From positions 3,646-44,433 of the forward strand of contig CAYFYU010000019.1 of assembly GCA_964347455.1 (NCBI GenBank): a DNA stretch of 40,788 nt, written 5' to 3'. Both the position numbers and the translations under genes were made by a program. Positions 7,437 through 15,293 of the stretch are shown piece by piece; the stretch's first letter is position 1; each line of letters opens with the position of its first letter. Under the pieces are notes generated by a model. That model saw only the letters and a list, made by a program, of their open reading frames with translations. It ran no database searches and had not been told where the DNA came from. This stretch comes from an uncultured Spirochaetota bacterium (GTDB taxonomy: Bacteria > Spirochaetota > B62-G9 > DRHN01).

Positions 7437-8585
7437 ATGAAAACACCAATTTATATAGATTATAATGCAACTACTCCCCATGACCCTGAAGTAATTGCTG
7501 AAATGAAACCTTTTTTGACCGACTATTTTGGCAATCCTTCCAGCTCATATCTGTACGGTGTGCAAACAAAAAAAGCAGTAGCGAACGCACGTCAGCAGAT
7601 TTCTTCATTATTACATTGTGATCCTTCAGAGATACTCTTTACCAGTGGTGGGACAGAATCGAACAATTATGCTATCAAAGGGACCGCTTTTCATAATAAA
7701 CACAAGGGAAACCATATTATAACCACACAGATAGAACACCCATCAGTTTTAGAAGTATGCAAATTCCTAGAAATGAATGGATTCCGAATTTCCTATCTCC
7801 CGGTAGACGAATTCGGAATCGTTCGTATAGCTGATGTTGAGAACGCAATTACCTTAAAAACGATCTTAATCACGGTGATGCATGCCAATAATGAAGTGGG
7901 ATCGATTCAGCCCATTAGGGAAATTTCCAACCTTGCAAGAAAGAGAAAGGTACTTGTTCATACCGATGCTGCTCAGTCTATTGGGAAGATCCCAACTACT
8001 GTACAGCAGCTCGGTGTCGATCTGTTGTCGATTGCAGGTCACAAGGTGTATGCTCCAAAGGGTATTGGCGTTCTTTATGTGCGGCGAGGGGTTCAACTTA
8101 CATCTATCATTCACGGTGCCGGGCAGGAGAAAGGTATGAGACCTGGAACAGAAAACGTGTTGGAAATTGTTGGGCTTGGTAAGGCTTGTGAGATAGCGCA
8201 AAGGGATTTACAAAAGAACATGCTGCACATGAAAAAAATGCGGGAAAGATTATTTGTCGGTATAAAATCGAAAATCAAAAATGTAAAACGTAATGGACAT
8301 CCTGATAAACAACTTCCCAATACTCTAAGTGTAAGCTTCAAGGATCTGAATGCACATACAATTCTCTCAGAAATTCAGGATCGGGTGGCAGTCTCAGCAG
8401 GAGCTGCATGCCATTCAGACCTGTTTGAAATTTCCCATGTTCTCAGGGCAATAAACCTACCAGAAGAATGGGCGCATGGAACACTCCGCTTTTCGACTGG
8501 GAAAATGAGTACCGAGGAAGAGATGATGTATGCCTCAGAAATAATCTCTGAAGCCGTTGTTAAACTTTTAATTAAAAAAACCTGA
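7437..8585 (+). CDS. Cysteine desulfurase, NifS/IscS class V aminotransferase family
   Basis: 382 aa with RBS AGGGGAAG. It has IYIDYNATTP, FTSGGTESNN, HANNEVG, the PLP-lysine context SIAGHKVYAPKGIG and the catalytic-Cys loop SAGAACHS. Confidence 0.9.
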   Translation: MKTPIYIDYNATTPHDPEVIAEMKPFLTDYFGNPSSSYLYGVQTKKAVANARQQISSLLHCDPSEILFTSGGTESNNYAIKGTAFHNKHKGNHIITTQIEHPSVLEVCKFLEMNGFRISYLPVDEFGIVRIADVENAITLKTILITVMHANNEVGSIQPIREISNLARKRKVLVHTDAAQSIGKIPTTVQQLGVDLLSIAGHKVYAPKGIGVLYVRRGVQLTSIIHGAGQEKGMRPGTENVLEIVGLGKACEIAQRDLQKNMLHMKKMRERLFVGIKSKIKNVKRNGHPDKQLPNTLSVSFKDLNAHTILSEIQDRVAVSAGAACHSDLFEISHVLRAINLPEEWAHGTLRFSTGKMSTEEEMMYASEIISEAVVKLLIKKT

Positions 8586-8679
8586 TGGATAAATACTTTT
8601 AGATTTAAGTATTGGTTTCTTGTCGAACGAAGTATCTGTTAATGATGATCTAATAATTGCTGTCAGAGAGATATAGTTA

Positions 8680-9501
8680 ATGAGTAAAAATTTTCACCCA
8701 AAAGATATTCCTCTAATAAATAATAAATACTTTAACCACCGTACTGTATTTACTCCTGAAAGCTTACTCCGTGAAGCAAGAAGACAAAAATCTATACCTG
8801 TGGGTAAAGTGCCTGAAATATGCATTTTGGACCCTGATGGAGATATCGTCCGTAATCTTTTAGCCCAAAAAAAAGCATGGCAAAACCCTTACTGGGCATG
8901 CTACCATACCGAGCTTTTAAATTTTTCACAAGAAGGAATGGAGTTTGGCATAATTGGTTGTGCTGTTGGGGCTCCCTTTGCGGTTCTCGTTGCAGAAGAG
9001 CTGTTTGCCTCGGAGTGTAGTCTGTTGATTAGCATCACATCTGCAGGTCAGATAATACCGGTACGAAATCCACCATATTTTATATTAATTGATAGGGCTT
9101 TGCGCGACGAAGGAACGAGCTATCATTATCTTCCCCCATCTAAATATTCAAAAATAAGCGAAGGACTTAAACATATGATGGAAGAGGTGATTGAAAGCTC
9201 AGGTACGATAATCGAGCAGGGAGCCAGTTGGACTACCGATGCTCCGTTCCGGGAGATAGAGAAGGCTGTTGGTTATTGCAAGGCTGAAGGAATATTAGCT
9301 GTAGAAATGGAAGCTGCAGCACTCTACGCCTTTGGAGAGGCGCGGAGGAAACCTGTCGTTTGTATTGCGCATGTCACCAATCAGATGGGAAATGCGACAG
9401 GAGATTTTGAAAAAGGGGATGCTGATGGGAGTACAGAAGCACTTAAATTAATTTCAACCATAGCTCGTAGCTGGAAAAAGAATAAAGGGAAAGGCAGTTA
9501 A
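8680..9501 (+). CDS. Nucleoside phosphorylase-fold (PNP/UDP-1 family) protein
   Basis: 273 aa. GCAVGAPFAVLVAEEL, SAGQI and especially AVEMEAAALYAFG match the PNP_UDP_1 phosphorylase/nucleosidase fold. The substrate is unknown. Confidence 0.65.
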   Translation: MSKNFHPKDIPLINNKYFNHRTVFTPESLLREARRQKSIPVGKVPEICILDPDGDIVRNLLAQKKAWQNPYWACYHTELLNFSQEGMEFGIIGCAVGAPFAVLVAEELFASECSLLISITSAGQIIPVRNPPYFILIDRALRDEGTSYHYLPPSKYSKISEGLKHMMEEVIESSGTIIEQGASWTTDAPFREIEKAVGYCKAEGILAVEMEAAALYAFGEARRKPVVCIAHVTNQMGNATGDFEKGDADGSTEALKLISTIARSWKKNKGKGS

Positions 9502-9504
9502 GGC

Positions 9505-9858
9505 ATGAAAATATTGTTTATTATTAATGATGCACCTTATGGGACAGAAAAAGCATACAATGCATTGCGCCTTGCACTGGCTATGCAGAAAGAGCAGTCT
9601 GACGTGGTAATCTATATTTTTCTCATGGCAGATGCTGTAACCGGCGCTGTGCCTGCCCAATCAACACTACGAGGCTACTACAGCATAGAAAAAATGATAA
9701 AGGCGCTTATTAAAAAGGGAGCACAGGTAAAGGCATGCGGTTCATGTTGTTCGTCTAGAGGTATTAACAATATACAATCAATAGATGGAGTTGAAATAAG
9801 CACAATAACCCAATTGGCAAAATGGTCTTTTGAAGCCGATAAAATTTCAACGTTTTGA
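9505..9858 (+). CDS. DsrE/DsrF-like sulfur-relay family protein
   Basis: 117 aa, starting 3 nt after the preceding stop. MKILFIINDAPYGTEKAYNALRLA and the Cys-containing KACGSCCSSRGI are typical of DsrE-like proteins. Confidence 0.7.
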   Translation: MKILFIINDAPYGTEKAYNALRLALAMQKEQSDVVIYIFLMADAVTGAVPAQSTLRGYYSIEKMIKALIKKGAQVKACGSCCSSRGINNIQSIDGVEISTITQLAKWSFEADKISTF

Positions 9859-9930
9859 TATATCTTTCCCTACGAAAAGCACACTTCATAGATAGGGGGT
9901 ATTTAAGTTTACTATAAAGGAGTTTTAGTT

Positions 9931-11076
9931 ATGGGTAAAAAAATCGTCATATTGGGCGGAGGAACAGGCGGATTGGTTGTTGCCAATAGGTTGAGCAAAT
10001 CACTGTCCAGTGTTCACGAGATTGTCCTTATTGATAGAGAGGAAAATCATCTGTTTAATCCATCTCTTCTCTGGGTAATGGTGGGTTGGAGGGACCAGAA
10101 GCAGGTTCAAAAACCGCTTTCTCTATTGCAAAGGAAGGGAATCAGATTTATTAACGGGGAAGTCTCAAAGATAGATTTCGAAAGAAGGGTAGTGGTTACT
10201 TCAAAAGAAGAATTAGGATTTGATTATTTGGTTATTTCACTTGGAGCAAGTACCTTCCCTGAAAGAGCTAATGGTTTCCAAAAAGCCGCTCGCAATCTTT
10301 ACGATTTATCCGGTGCGGTAAGAATAAGGGATGAGATTGAGAATTTTGAAAAGGGCAAGATAGTGATACTCATAACATCAAAACCATTCAAATGTCCCGC
10401 AGCACCTTACGAGGCGGCCTTACTGCTATCTGCATATTTTAAAAAGAGAAAAAGGGATGTAGAGATTGAGGTGGTGACTCCTGAAACTTTGCCAATGGGT
10501 GTGGCCGGAAAAGAAGTTGGAAATATGGTGGTTTCTCTTCTTCAAAGCAGAGGAATACGTTTTGTACCACAACATCAGATGGAGGCCATTGATTCAGAGA
10601 AGAGAGAAATACATTTTCAATCTGGCGAAATCGTCAACTATGATTTTCTCATTGGTATTCCCCCTCATGGAGCACCTACTGTTTTAAAGGGCTCACCGAT
10701 ATTAGGTGAAACTGGTTGGGTAAAGGTGAATTCAGGCACACTTGAGACAGATTTCGAGAATGTTTATGCACTTGGTGATGTAATAGCTATCCTGCTTCCT
10801 GTGGGATTGCCTCTTCCAAAGGCGGGAGTCTTCGCACATTTTCAGGCTGACATTGTATCTCGAAACATAGCAGCAAGTGCTAAGGGTGTTTCTTCAAAGT
10901 ATGAATTCGAAGGTGACGGATATTGTTTTATTGAACTTGGCGATAGCAGGGCAGGGTATGCAAAGGGAAACTTTTATGTTAAGCCAGCCCCTGTTGTAAA
11001 GTTAAAAAAACCGAGTCGGTATCGGCACTGGGGGAAGGTTATTTTTGAAAAGTGGTGGCTGTGGAAATGGTTTTGA
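9931..11076 (+). CDS. Sulfide:quinone oxidoreductase-like FAD-dependent oxidoreductase
   Basis: 381 aa with RBS AAGGAG. The FAD fold starts KIVILGGGTGG. FKCPAAPYE gives an SQR-type Cys context, followed by ALGDV and a second Cys in GDGYCF. The C-terminal tail is Trp-rich and amphipathic (FEKWWLWKWF). Confidence 0.7.
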   Translation: MGKKIVILGGGTGGLVVANRLSKSLSSVHEIVLIDREENHLFNPSLLWVMVGWRDQKQVQKPLSLLQRKGIRFINGEVSKIDFERRVVVTSKEELGFDYLVISLGASTFPERANGFQKAARNLYDLSGAVRIRDEIENFEKGKIVILITSKPFKCPAAPYEAALLLSAYFKKRKRDVEIEVVTPETLPMGVAGKEVGNMVVSLLQSRGIRFVPQHQMEAIDSEKREIHFQSGEIVNYDFLIGIPPHGAPTVLKGSPILGETGWVKVNSGTLETDFENVYALGDVIAILLPVGLPLPKAGVFAHFQADIVSRNIAASAKGVSSKYEFEGDGYCFIELGDSRAGYAKGNFYVKPAPVVKLKKPSRYRHWGKVIFEKWWLWKWF

Positions 11077-11175
11077 AAAATTTAGTTGAATAGATAAAAA
11101 TAACAAAACGTGGTTCCAGTTATGGCTTATTATGACAAGGCGACGAATTAAACTCTAAACGAATTAAAAAAATGT

Positions 11176-11204
11176 TTGACAGATTAACGTAATTTGTCTA
11201 ATAA
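11176..11204 (+). promoter_or_regulatory. Putative sigma70-type promoter of the second arsR gene
   Basis: Consensus TTGACA (11176-11181), a 17-nt spacer, then TAATAA (11199-11204). The -10 overlaps the left arm of the 11202-11231 palindrome. Confidence 0.45.
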
Positions 11205-11231
11205 TTAAGTATTAACTAAAATACTTAATTA
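11202..11231. promoter_or_regulatory. Perfect 11-bp inverted repeat, putative operator of the second ArsR
   Basis: TAATTAAGTAT (11202-11212), an 8-nt spacer, then ATACTTAATTA (11221-11231). The arms are exact reverse complements, placed between the promoter and the ATG at 11247. Confidence 0.5.
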
Positions 11232-11246
11232 GTGGATTGCAGTAAT

Positions 11247-11660
11247 ATGAATATAGAGCCTTCCGAGATGTTCAAAGTATTGGGCGTGGAGACACGGGTA
11301 AAAATTATTAACCTTTTAAAATCGGGCGGACCACTTGAAGTGAAATATATTGCGGATAAAATTGGTGTTACATCTGCTGCCGTGTCCCAGCATCTAAAAA
11401 TTTTGAGACAAGCGGGACTTGTCCGAAATGAAAGGAGGGGATACTGGATTCCATATTCGATTGACGAAGAAGCGTTGGAAAGATGTCGACAGGTGTTGAC
11501 CGAGGTCTGCACCTGTGGGTGTGGAGGAACTGGCAACTTCAAACAGAAACAGCTGAGGGATACAAGTTTAGAATCTTTAAGAGAGTATGTAAAGGAATTG
11601 GCTAAAGAGCTCAGAATAGTCAGGGAAAGGGTGAGAGAAAGAGAACGGATGGAGAAGTAG
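11247..11660 (+). CDS. ArsR/SmtB-family transcriptional regulator with a C-terminal Cys cluster
   Basis: I chose ATG at 11247; the track GTG at 11232 abuts the palindrome. The wHTH reads RVKIINLL...VKYIADKIGVTSAAVSQHLKILRQAGLV. It is followed by C80 and CTCGCGG (C88/C90/C92, 11508-11522) and a charged helical tail. Confidence 0.8.
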   Translation: MNIEPSEMFKVLGVETRVKIINLLKSGGPLEVKYIADKIGVTSAAVSQHLKILRQAGLVRNERRGYWIPYSIDEEALERCRQVLTEVCTCGCGGTGNFKQKQLRDTSLESLREYVKELAKELRIVRERVRERERMEK

Positions 11661-11679
11661 AAAATTTTTTTAACTATGT

Positions 11680-11709
11680 TGTTAAGTAATAATTTAAATG
11701 CTTAATTAC
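11680..11709. promoter_or_regulatory. Degenerate second copy of the 11202-11231 palindrome
   Basis: TTAAGTAA-TAATTTAA-ATGCTTAA (11683-11706) aligns with TTAAGTAT-TAACTAAA-ATACTTAA, keeping identical arm and spacer lengths. Each 8-nt arm matches 7/8. The right arm extended to 11 nt matches 10/11. Confidence 0.35.
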
Positions 11710-12022
11710 ATTCAATTGGCTACACTTGGTTATAGAACGAGATGTGTTCATGAACTGCAATACAAAAATGAGGAGAGGGTAGAGGCAAAAAAACATCCGG
11801 CAGTACAAAAGAAAAAGAGGATGTCAAGGCCAGAAAGGGGTCTAAGTACTCACGATAGACCGGAATGTGTTTGGGGCAGAGGATTAAACTGATCCCCTGC
11901 CCACCATTGTGGCTTCGTCAGTACAATGCAAAAGCGGTACTGAACATATAATCTGTTTACATCACCGATATTCCCATGTATCTTTAAGATTCGATAGACA
12001 GGTTGTAAATTTCATTGAACAA

Positions 12023-13255
12023 ATGAAAAAGAGAAACATTCCCTACATTGTCTGGATCCTCATAGCCAGCCTCTTTTTTCTGCTTTTTTTCACCCTAATC
12101 GGTGGAGCTGATACGTCAGGAACGAACAAGGTAGAACAAACTGTAAATCCCATCACCATATTCCTTGGCGGTGACGTAATGGTGGGACGGGGAATTGATC
12201 AGGTGTTGCCAAACCCAAGCGATCCGATTATTTATGAGCCTTTAATGAAAAGCGCTAAAGGGTATGTCGATATCGCAGAGGCGTTGCACGGTCCCATTCC
12301 GAAGCCCGTTGACTATTCCTATATATGGGGCGATGCCCTCGAAGAGCTGGCATCGGTTGCACCGGATCTGAGTTTAGTTAATCTGGAGACCAGTGTTACA
12401 AAGAGCGAGGACTACTGGAAAAATAAATCAATACACTACCGGATACACCCGAAAAATATTTCAGTCATAAAAACAGCCGGTATAGATATTTGTGCTCTGG
12501 CGAACAACCACATACTTGATTGGGGTTATGGGGGTCTTAGAGAAACATTGAATTCACTGAAAGAGATAGATGTGAACTTTGCAGGAGCGGGACTTAGCCT
12601 TGAAGAAGCAGAATCCCCTGCAATTATGGAGCTTGAGGGAAGGGGAAGGGTGATCGTTTTCTCTTTTGGTACAGTGACGAGTGGGGTTCACCGAAGCTGG
12701 GCAGCTTCTGCCGATAGCCCAGGCGTAAATTTTTTGAGAAACTTTTCCGATAGAACTCTTCGGCGTATCAGAGAACAGGTGGTGAAAGTAAAAAGAGAAG
12801 GTGATATCGTTATTGCCTCTATTCACTGGGGAAGCAATTGGGGCTATGCGATTCCAGTTGAACAGATAGAGTTTGCCCATAATCTGATCGATCAGGCTGA
12901 GGTTGATGTGATACATGGCCATTCATCACATCATGCGAGACCAATTGAGGTGTACAGAGATAAGCTTATTCTCTATGGCTGCGGCGACTTCATAAATGAC
13001 TACGAGGGGATTGGGGGCTATGAAGAATTTAGATACGATCTTGTACTGATGTACATTGTGCATATCGCCCCAAACTCGGGAAATCTCATCGGCATGCAGA
13101 TGGTCCCATTTCAGATTCAACACTTTCGTTTGAATCGTGCAAAGAGAGAAGATGCCTTATGGCTGCAAAACACTTTAAACAGGGAAGGGCAAAAGTTTGG
13201 AACTGGGGTGGTAATAAATGATGATGGAACTCTAAACCTCCAATGGGAGGGATAG
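12023..13255 (+). CDS. CapA-family (PGA_cap, metallophosphatase-fold) membrane-anchored protein
   Basis: Start trimmed to ATG 12023, giving MKKRNIPYIVWILIASLFFLLFF, an N-terminal anchor. FLGGDVMVGRGID, NLETS, ANNH and HWG are typical of CapA-like proteins. Confidence 0.75.
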   Translation: MKKRNIPYIVWILIASLFFLLFFTLIGGADTSGTNKVEQTVNPITIFLGGDVMVGRGIDQVLPNPSDPIIYEPLMKSAKGYVDIAEALHGPIPKPVDYSYIWGDALEELASVAPDLSLVNLETSVTKSEDYWKNKSIHYRIHPKNISVIKTAGIDICALANNHILDWGYGGLRETLNSLKEIDVNFAGAGLSLEEAESPAIMELEGRGRVIVFSFGTVTSGVHRSWAASADSPGVNFLRNFSDRTLRRIREQVVKVKREGDIVIASIHWGSNWGYAIPVEQIEFAHNLIDQAEVDVIHGHSSHHARPIEVYRDKLILYGCGDFINDYEGIGGYEEFRYDLVLMYIVHIAPNSGNLIGMQMVPFQIQHFRLNRAKREDALWLQNTLNREGQKFGTGVVINDDGTLNLQWEG

Positions 13256-13299
13256 CGGGTTTTGTTGCGCTGCATTCCTATAACTTTTAAAATAGATCA

Positions 13300-13974
13300 A
13301 TGAGAAAGATCGTTTCGTTTATTTTAGCTCTTCTTGTCAGTACGATGGGCATATGTCTTATCGGTGAGATTCTTTACGGTCAGACTCTTCAACGGCACAT
13401 CGACCGGTATGTGCAGAGTGGTTTAGAATTATCAAAAGGTATGTTTTTAGTTGCAGGTCGGAATCTAGTTGATCCAAACTTCTCCCAGACCGTTATTCTT
13501 CTGATTGATTATAGCGAGAGGGGCGCTGTGGGTCTTGTTATTAACAGACCTACTAAGGTAGGACTTGACGAAGTTTTTCCCGATCTAAAGGGTGAGGGTA
13601 TTCGGAAAAGCAAGGTCTTCAGGGGAGGACCTGTTGGTGTTAACGAGCTGTTTTTTATGATACTGTCAGAGGAACGACCTGACGAGTCTTCTCATGTATT
13701 CGATAAAGTATATGTGAGCTCAAACCTGGAACTGCTTGAGCAAATTGCAATGGATGATGATGGTAAAGATAGATTTCGTGTTTATGCTGGTTACGCTGGT
13801 TGGGCACCGAACCAGCTCGAGTTGGAGGTATCCTTAGATGGTTGGCACGTTATGCATTCTGACGTGGAAAGTATTTTCTTCAAAGAGCCATCGGATGTCT
13901 GGCCGGAGCTCATATACAAAAGTGCCGCGCAGTGGACCAAATTAGACCGACTCACCATTTATGATTCTCTGTGA
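13300..13974 (+). CDS. YqgE/AlgH-family protein with N-terminal signal/anchor sequence
   Basis: 224 aa. DPNFSQTVILLIDYSERGAVGLVINRPT and YAGYAGWAPNQLE are hallmarks of the YqgE/AlgH family. The first ~25 residues (MRKIVSFILALLVSTMGICLIG) are hydrophobic. Confidence 0.8.
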   Translation: MRKIVSFILALLVSTMGICLIGEILYGQTLQRHIDRYVQSGLELSKGMFLVAGRNLVDPNFSQTVILLIDYSERGAVGLVINRPTKVGLDEVFPDLKGEGIRKSKVFRGGPVGVNELFFMILSEERPDESSHVFDKVYVSSNLELLEQIAMDDDGKDRFRVYAGYAGWAPNQLELEVSLDGWHVMHSDVESIFFKEPSDVWPELIYKSAAQWTKLDRLTIYDSL

Positions 13975-13987
13975 TGGCGGTGGTCTG

Positions 13988-14470
13988 TCAGTCATGGGCT
14001 TCTCCGAGAAGTATTTCAACCTCCCTTATCGATAAACCGTCCTCTTTGTAATGATCCAGCTCGAGCTTTTCTGAATACCTGAGAAACTGGAGTAGATCTC
14101 TCCCGAAGCCTCTCAGAATGACCTCAATATCGGAGTTTCTCTCATCGAGGGTTTTGTACCTCGCGGATATTCGATAGGCAAGCCAATCTCCCGTTACAAA
14201 TCTATGTCCTATCGATTTATCCATGATAATGTGTGCGCATTCATGTGCAATACCCCCAATGAGCACTCCCTTGGTTGCGTCACGTAGGGTTTCATCCACC
14301 TCGATATAGTATCCCTCGTGGGTCAACTCACCATACTGCAGAAGAGAATCACGGAGCTTTGCAAACTCGATGTGAACATCCTCTCTGAGAAGCTCTGGAA
14401 AACCCTTTCTAATTACGAGGTTCAGGAGGTCTGTTAATTTGTTCACAGTCATACTGCCATCTGATTCCAA
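13988..14470 (-). CDS. Hypothetical protein with HExxH zinc-metallopeptidase-like motif
   Basis: 160 aa; last gene of the minus-strand operon. The only recognisable element is GIAHECAHIIMD (HExxH). The start is uncertain: TTG at 14470 or ATG at 14452. Confidence 0.4.
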   Translation of the reverse strand: MESDGSMTVNKLTDLLNLVIRKGFPELLREDVHIEFAKLRDSLLQYGELTHEGYYIEVDETLRDATKGVLIGGIAHECAHIIMDKSIGHRFVTGDWLAYRISARYKTLDERNSDIEVILRGFGRDLLQFLRYSEKLELDHYKEDGLSIREVEILLGEAHD

Positions 14471-14489
14471 TATTAATTATTTTCGTGTC

Positions 14490-15293
14490 TCAAATATTGT
14501 TGCTATCATACTTTTTTAACCGTTGGGACAAAAGAAGTGTCTTGTCACCTGCTCTTAGAAATATAAGCGTTATGACGATCAGCAGCATTATATCGGTTCT
14601 ATTAATCAAAATAAAAAAAATCGGGTAGAGGTATCGTTCACCTAATCCCATGTTTAAATAAAAAAAGGCTATGTTGAGTGTTTTCAGTAGTAAATCATTT
14701 TTCAGTAATCTTTTCCCTACAATCTTTTTACTCTTTGCCTGCTCGTGAGATTTACCTTTTCGCTCTGATGTACTTATAAGCTTTCCATAATTATTTCGTA
14801 TCTCTTCATAAACAACGCTGTCCTTTAGCGAAAATATTATTGTGTAGTATGTAAAGAGAAATCCAGTACCTAACCCAATAATCAAGTATATGAAATGGCC
14901 ATGAATCTTCCATGTAACATATCCAATAGTCGTATAGAGTACCATTTCCCCAATTCTATCAAGATATACATCGAGCCATGCGCCAAATAATGAAGTTTTA
15001 TTTAGTATTCTTGCCAGTTGACCATCAGATGCGTCAAAAATAAACGATATTTCAATTAAGAGTACGACTATTATCCTGTTCATTAGATGAAATTGTGGAG
15101 GTTTTAATAGAAGAGCAGAGGCGGCAATGAGTAACAGAAAGGAAATCACCGTAACTGAATTCGGGTTTCTTAATCCAAGTTTAATAAACAGAGGAATGAG
15201 TGGTTTTGAAATATACTTCGACGTTATGTATTCGTAAAAGGAATCAGGACGACTCTTTTTTTTGAAAGCTTGGGTTTCCGATATACTACTCAT
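14490..15293 (-). CDS. CDP-alcohol phosphatidyltransferase-family membrane protein (copy 1)
   Basis: 267 aa. DASDGQLARILNKTSLFGAWLDVYLDRIGE fits D(x)2DG(x)2AR(x)8G(x)3D(x)3D. It has multiple TM segments and a Lys/Glu-rich loop. Confidence 0.85.
   Translation of the reverse strand: MSSISETQAFKKKSRPDSFYEYITSKYISKPLIPLFIKLGLRNPNSVTVISFLLLIAASALLLKPPQFHLMNRIIVVLLIEISFIFDASDGQLARILNKTSLFGAWLDVYLDRIGEMVLYTTIGYVTWKIHGHFIYLIIGLGTGFLFTYYTIIFSLKDSVVYEEIRNNYGKLISTSERKGKSHEQAKSKKIVGKRLLKNDLLLKTLNIAFFYLNMGLGERYLYPIFFILINRTDIMLLIVITLIFLRAGDKTLLLSQRLKKYDSNNI

Noticed and set aside
11698-11892. 64-aa plus-strand ORF in the arsR2-capA gap
   Set aside because: It has no Shine-Dalgarno sequence and no recognisable family, and its composition is highly basic and low-complexity. 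It is more likely non-coding 5' region of the CapA-like gene.
11839-11928. Three consecutive small hairpins suggesting a riboswitch or leader: GGTCTA/TAGACC at 11839-11861, GGGCAG..CTGCCC at 11874-11902, CATTGT/ACAATG at 11905-11928
   Set aside because: Stems are only 6-10 bp, none is followed by a U-tract, and I could not match any known riboswitch consensus. This is within chance expectation for 360 nt.
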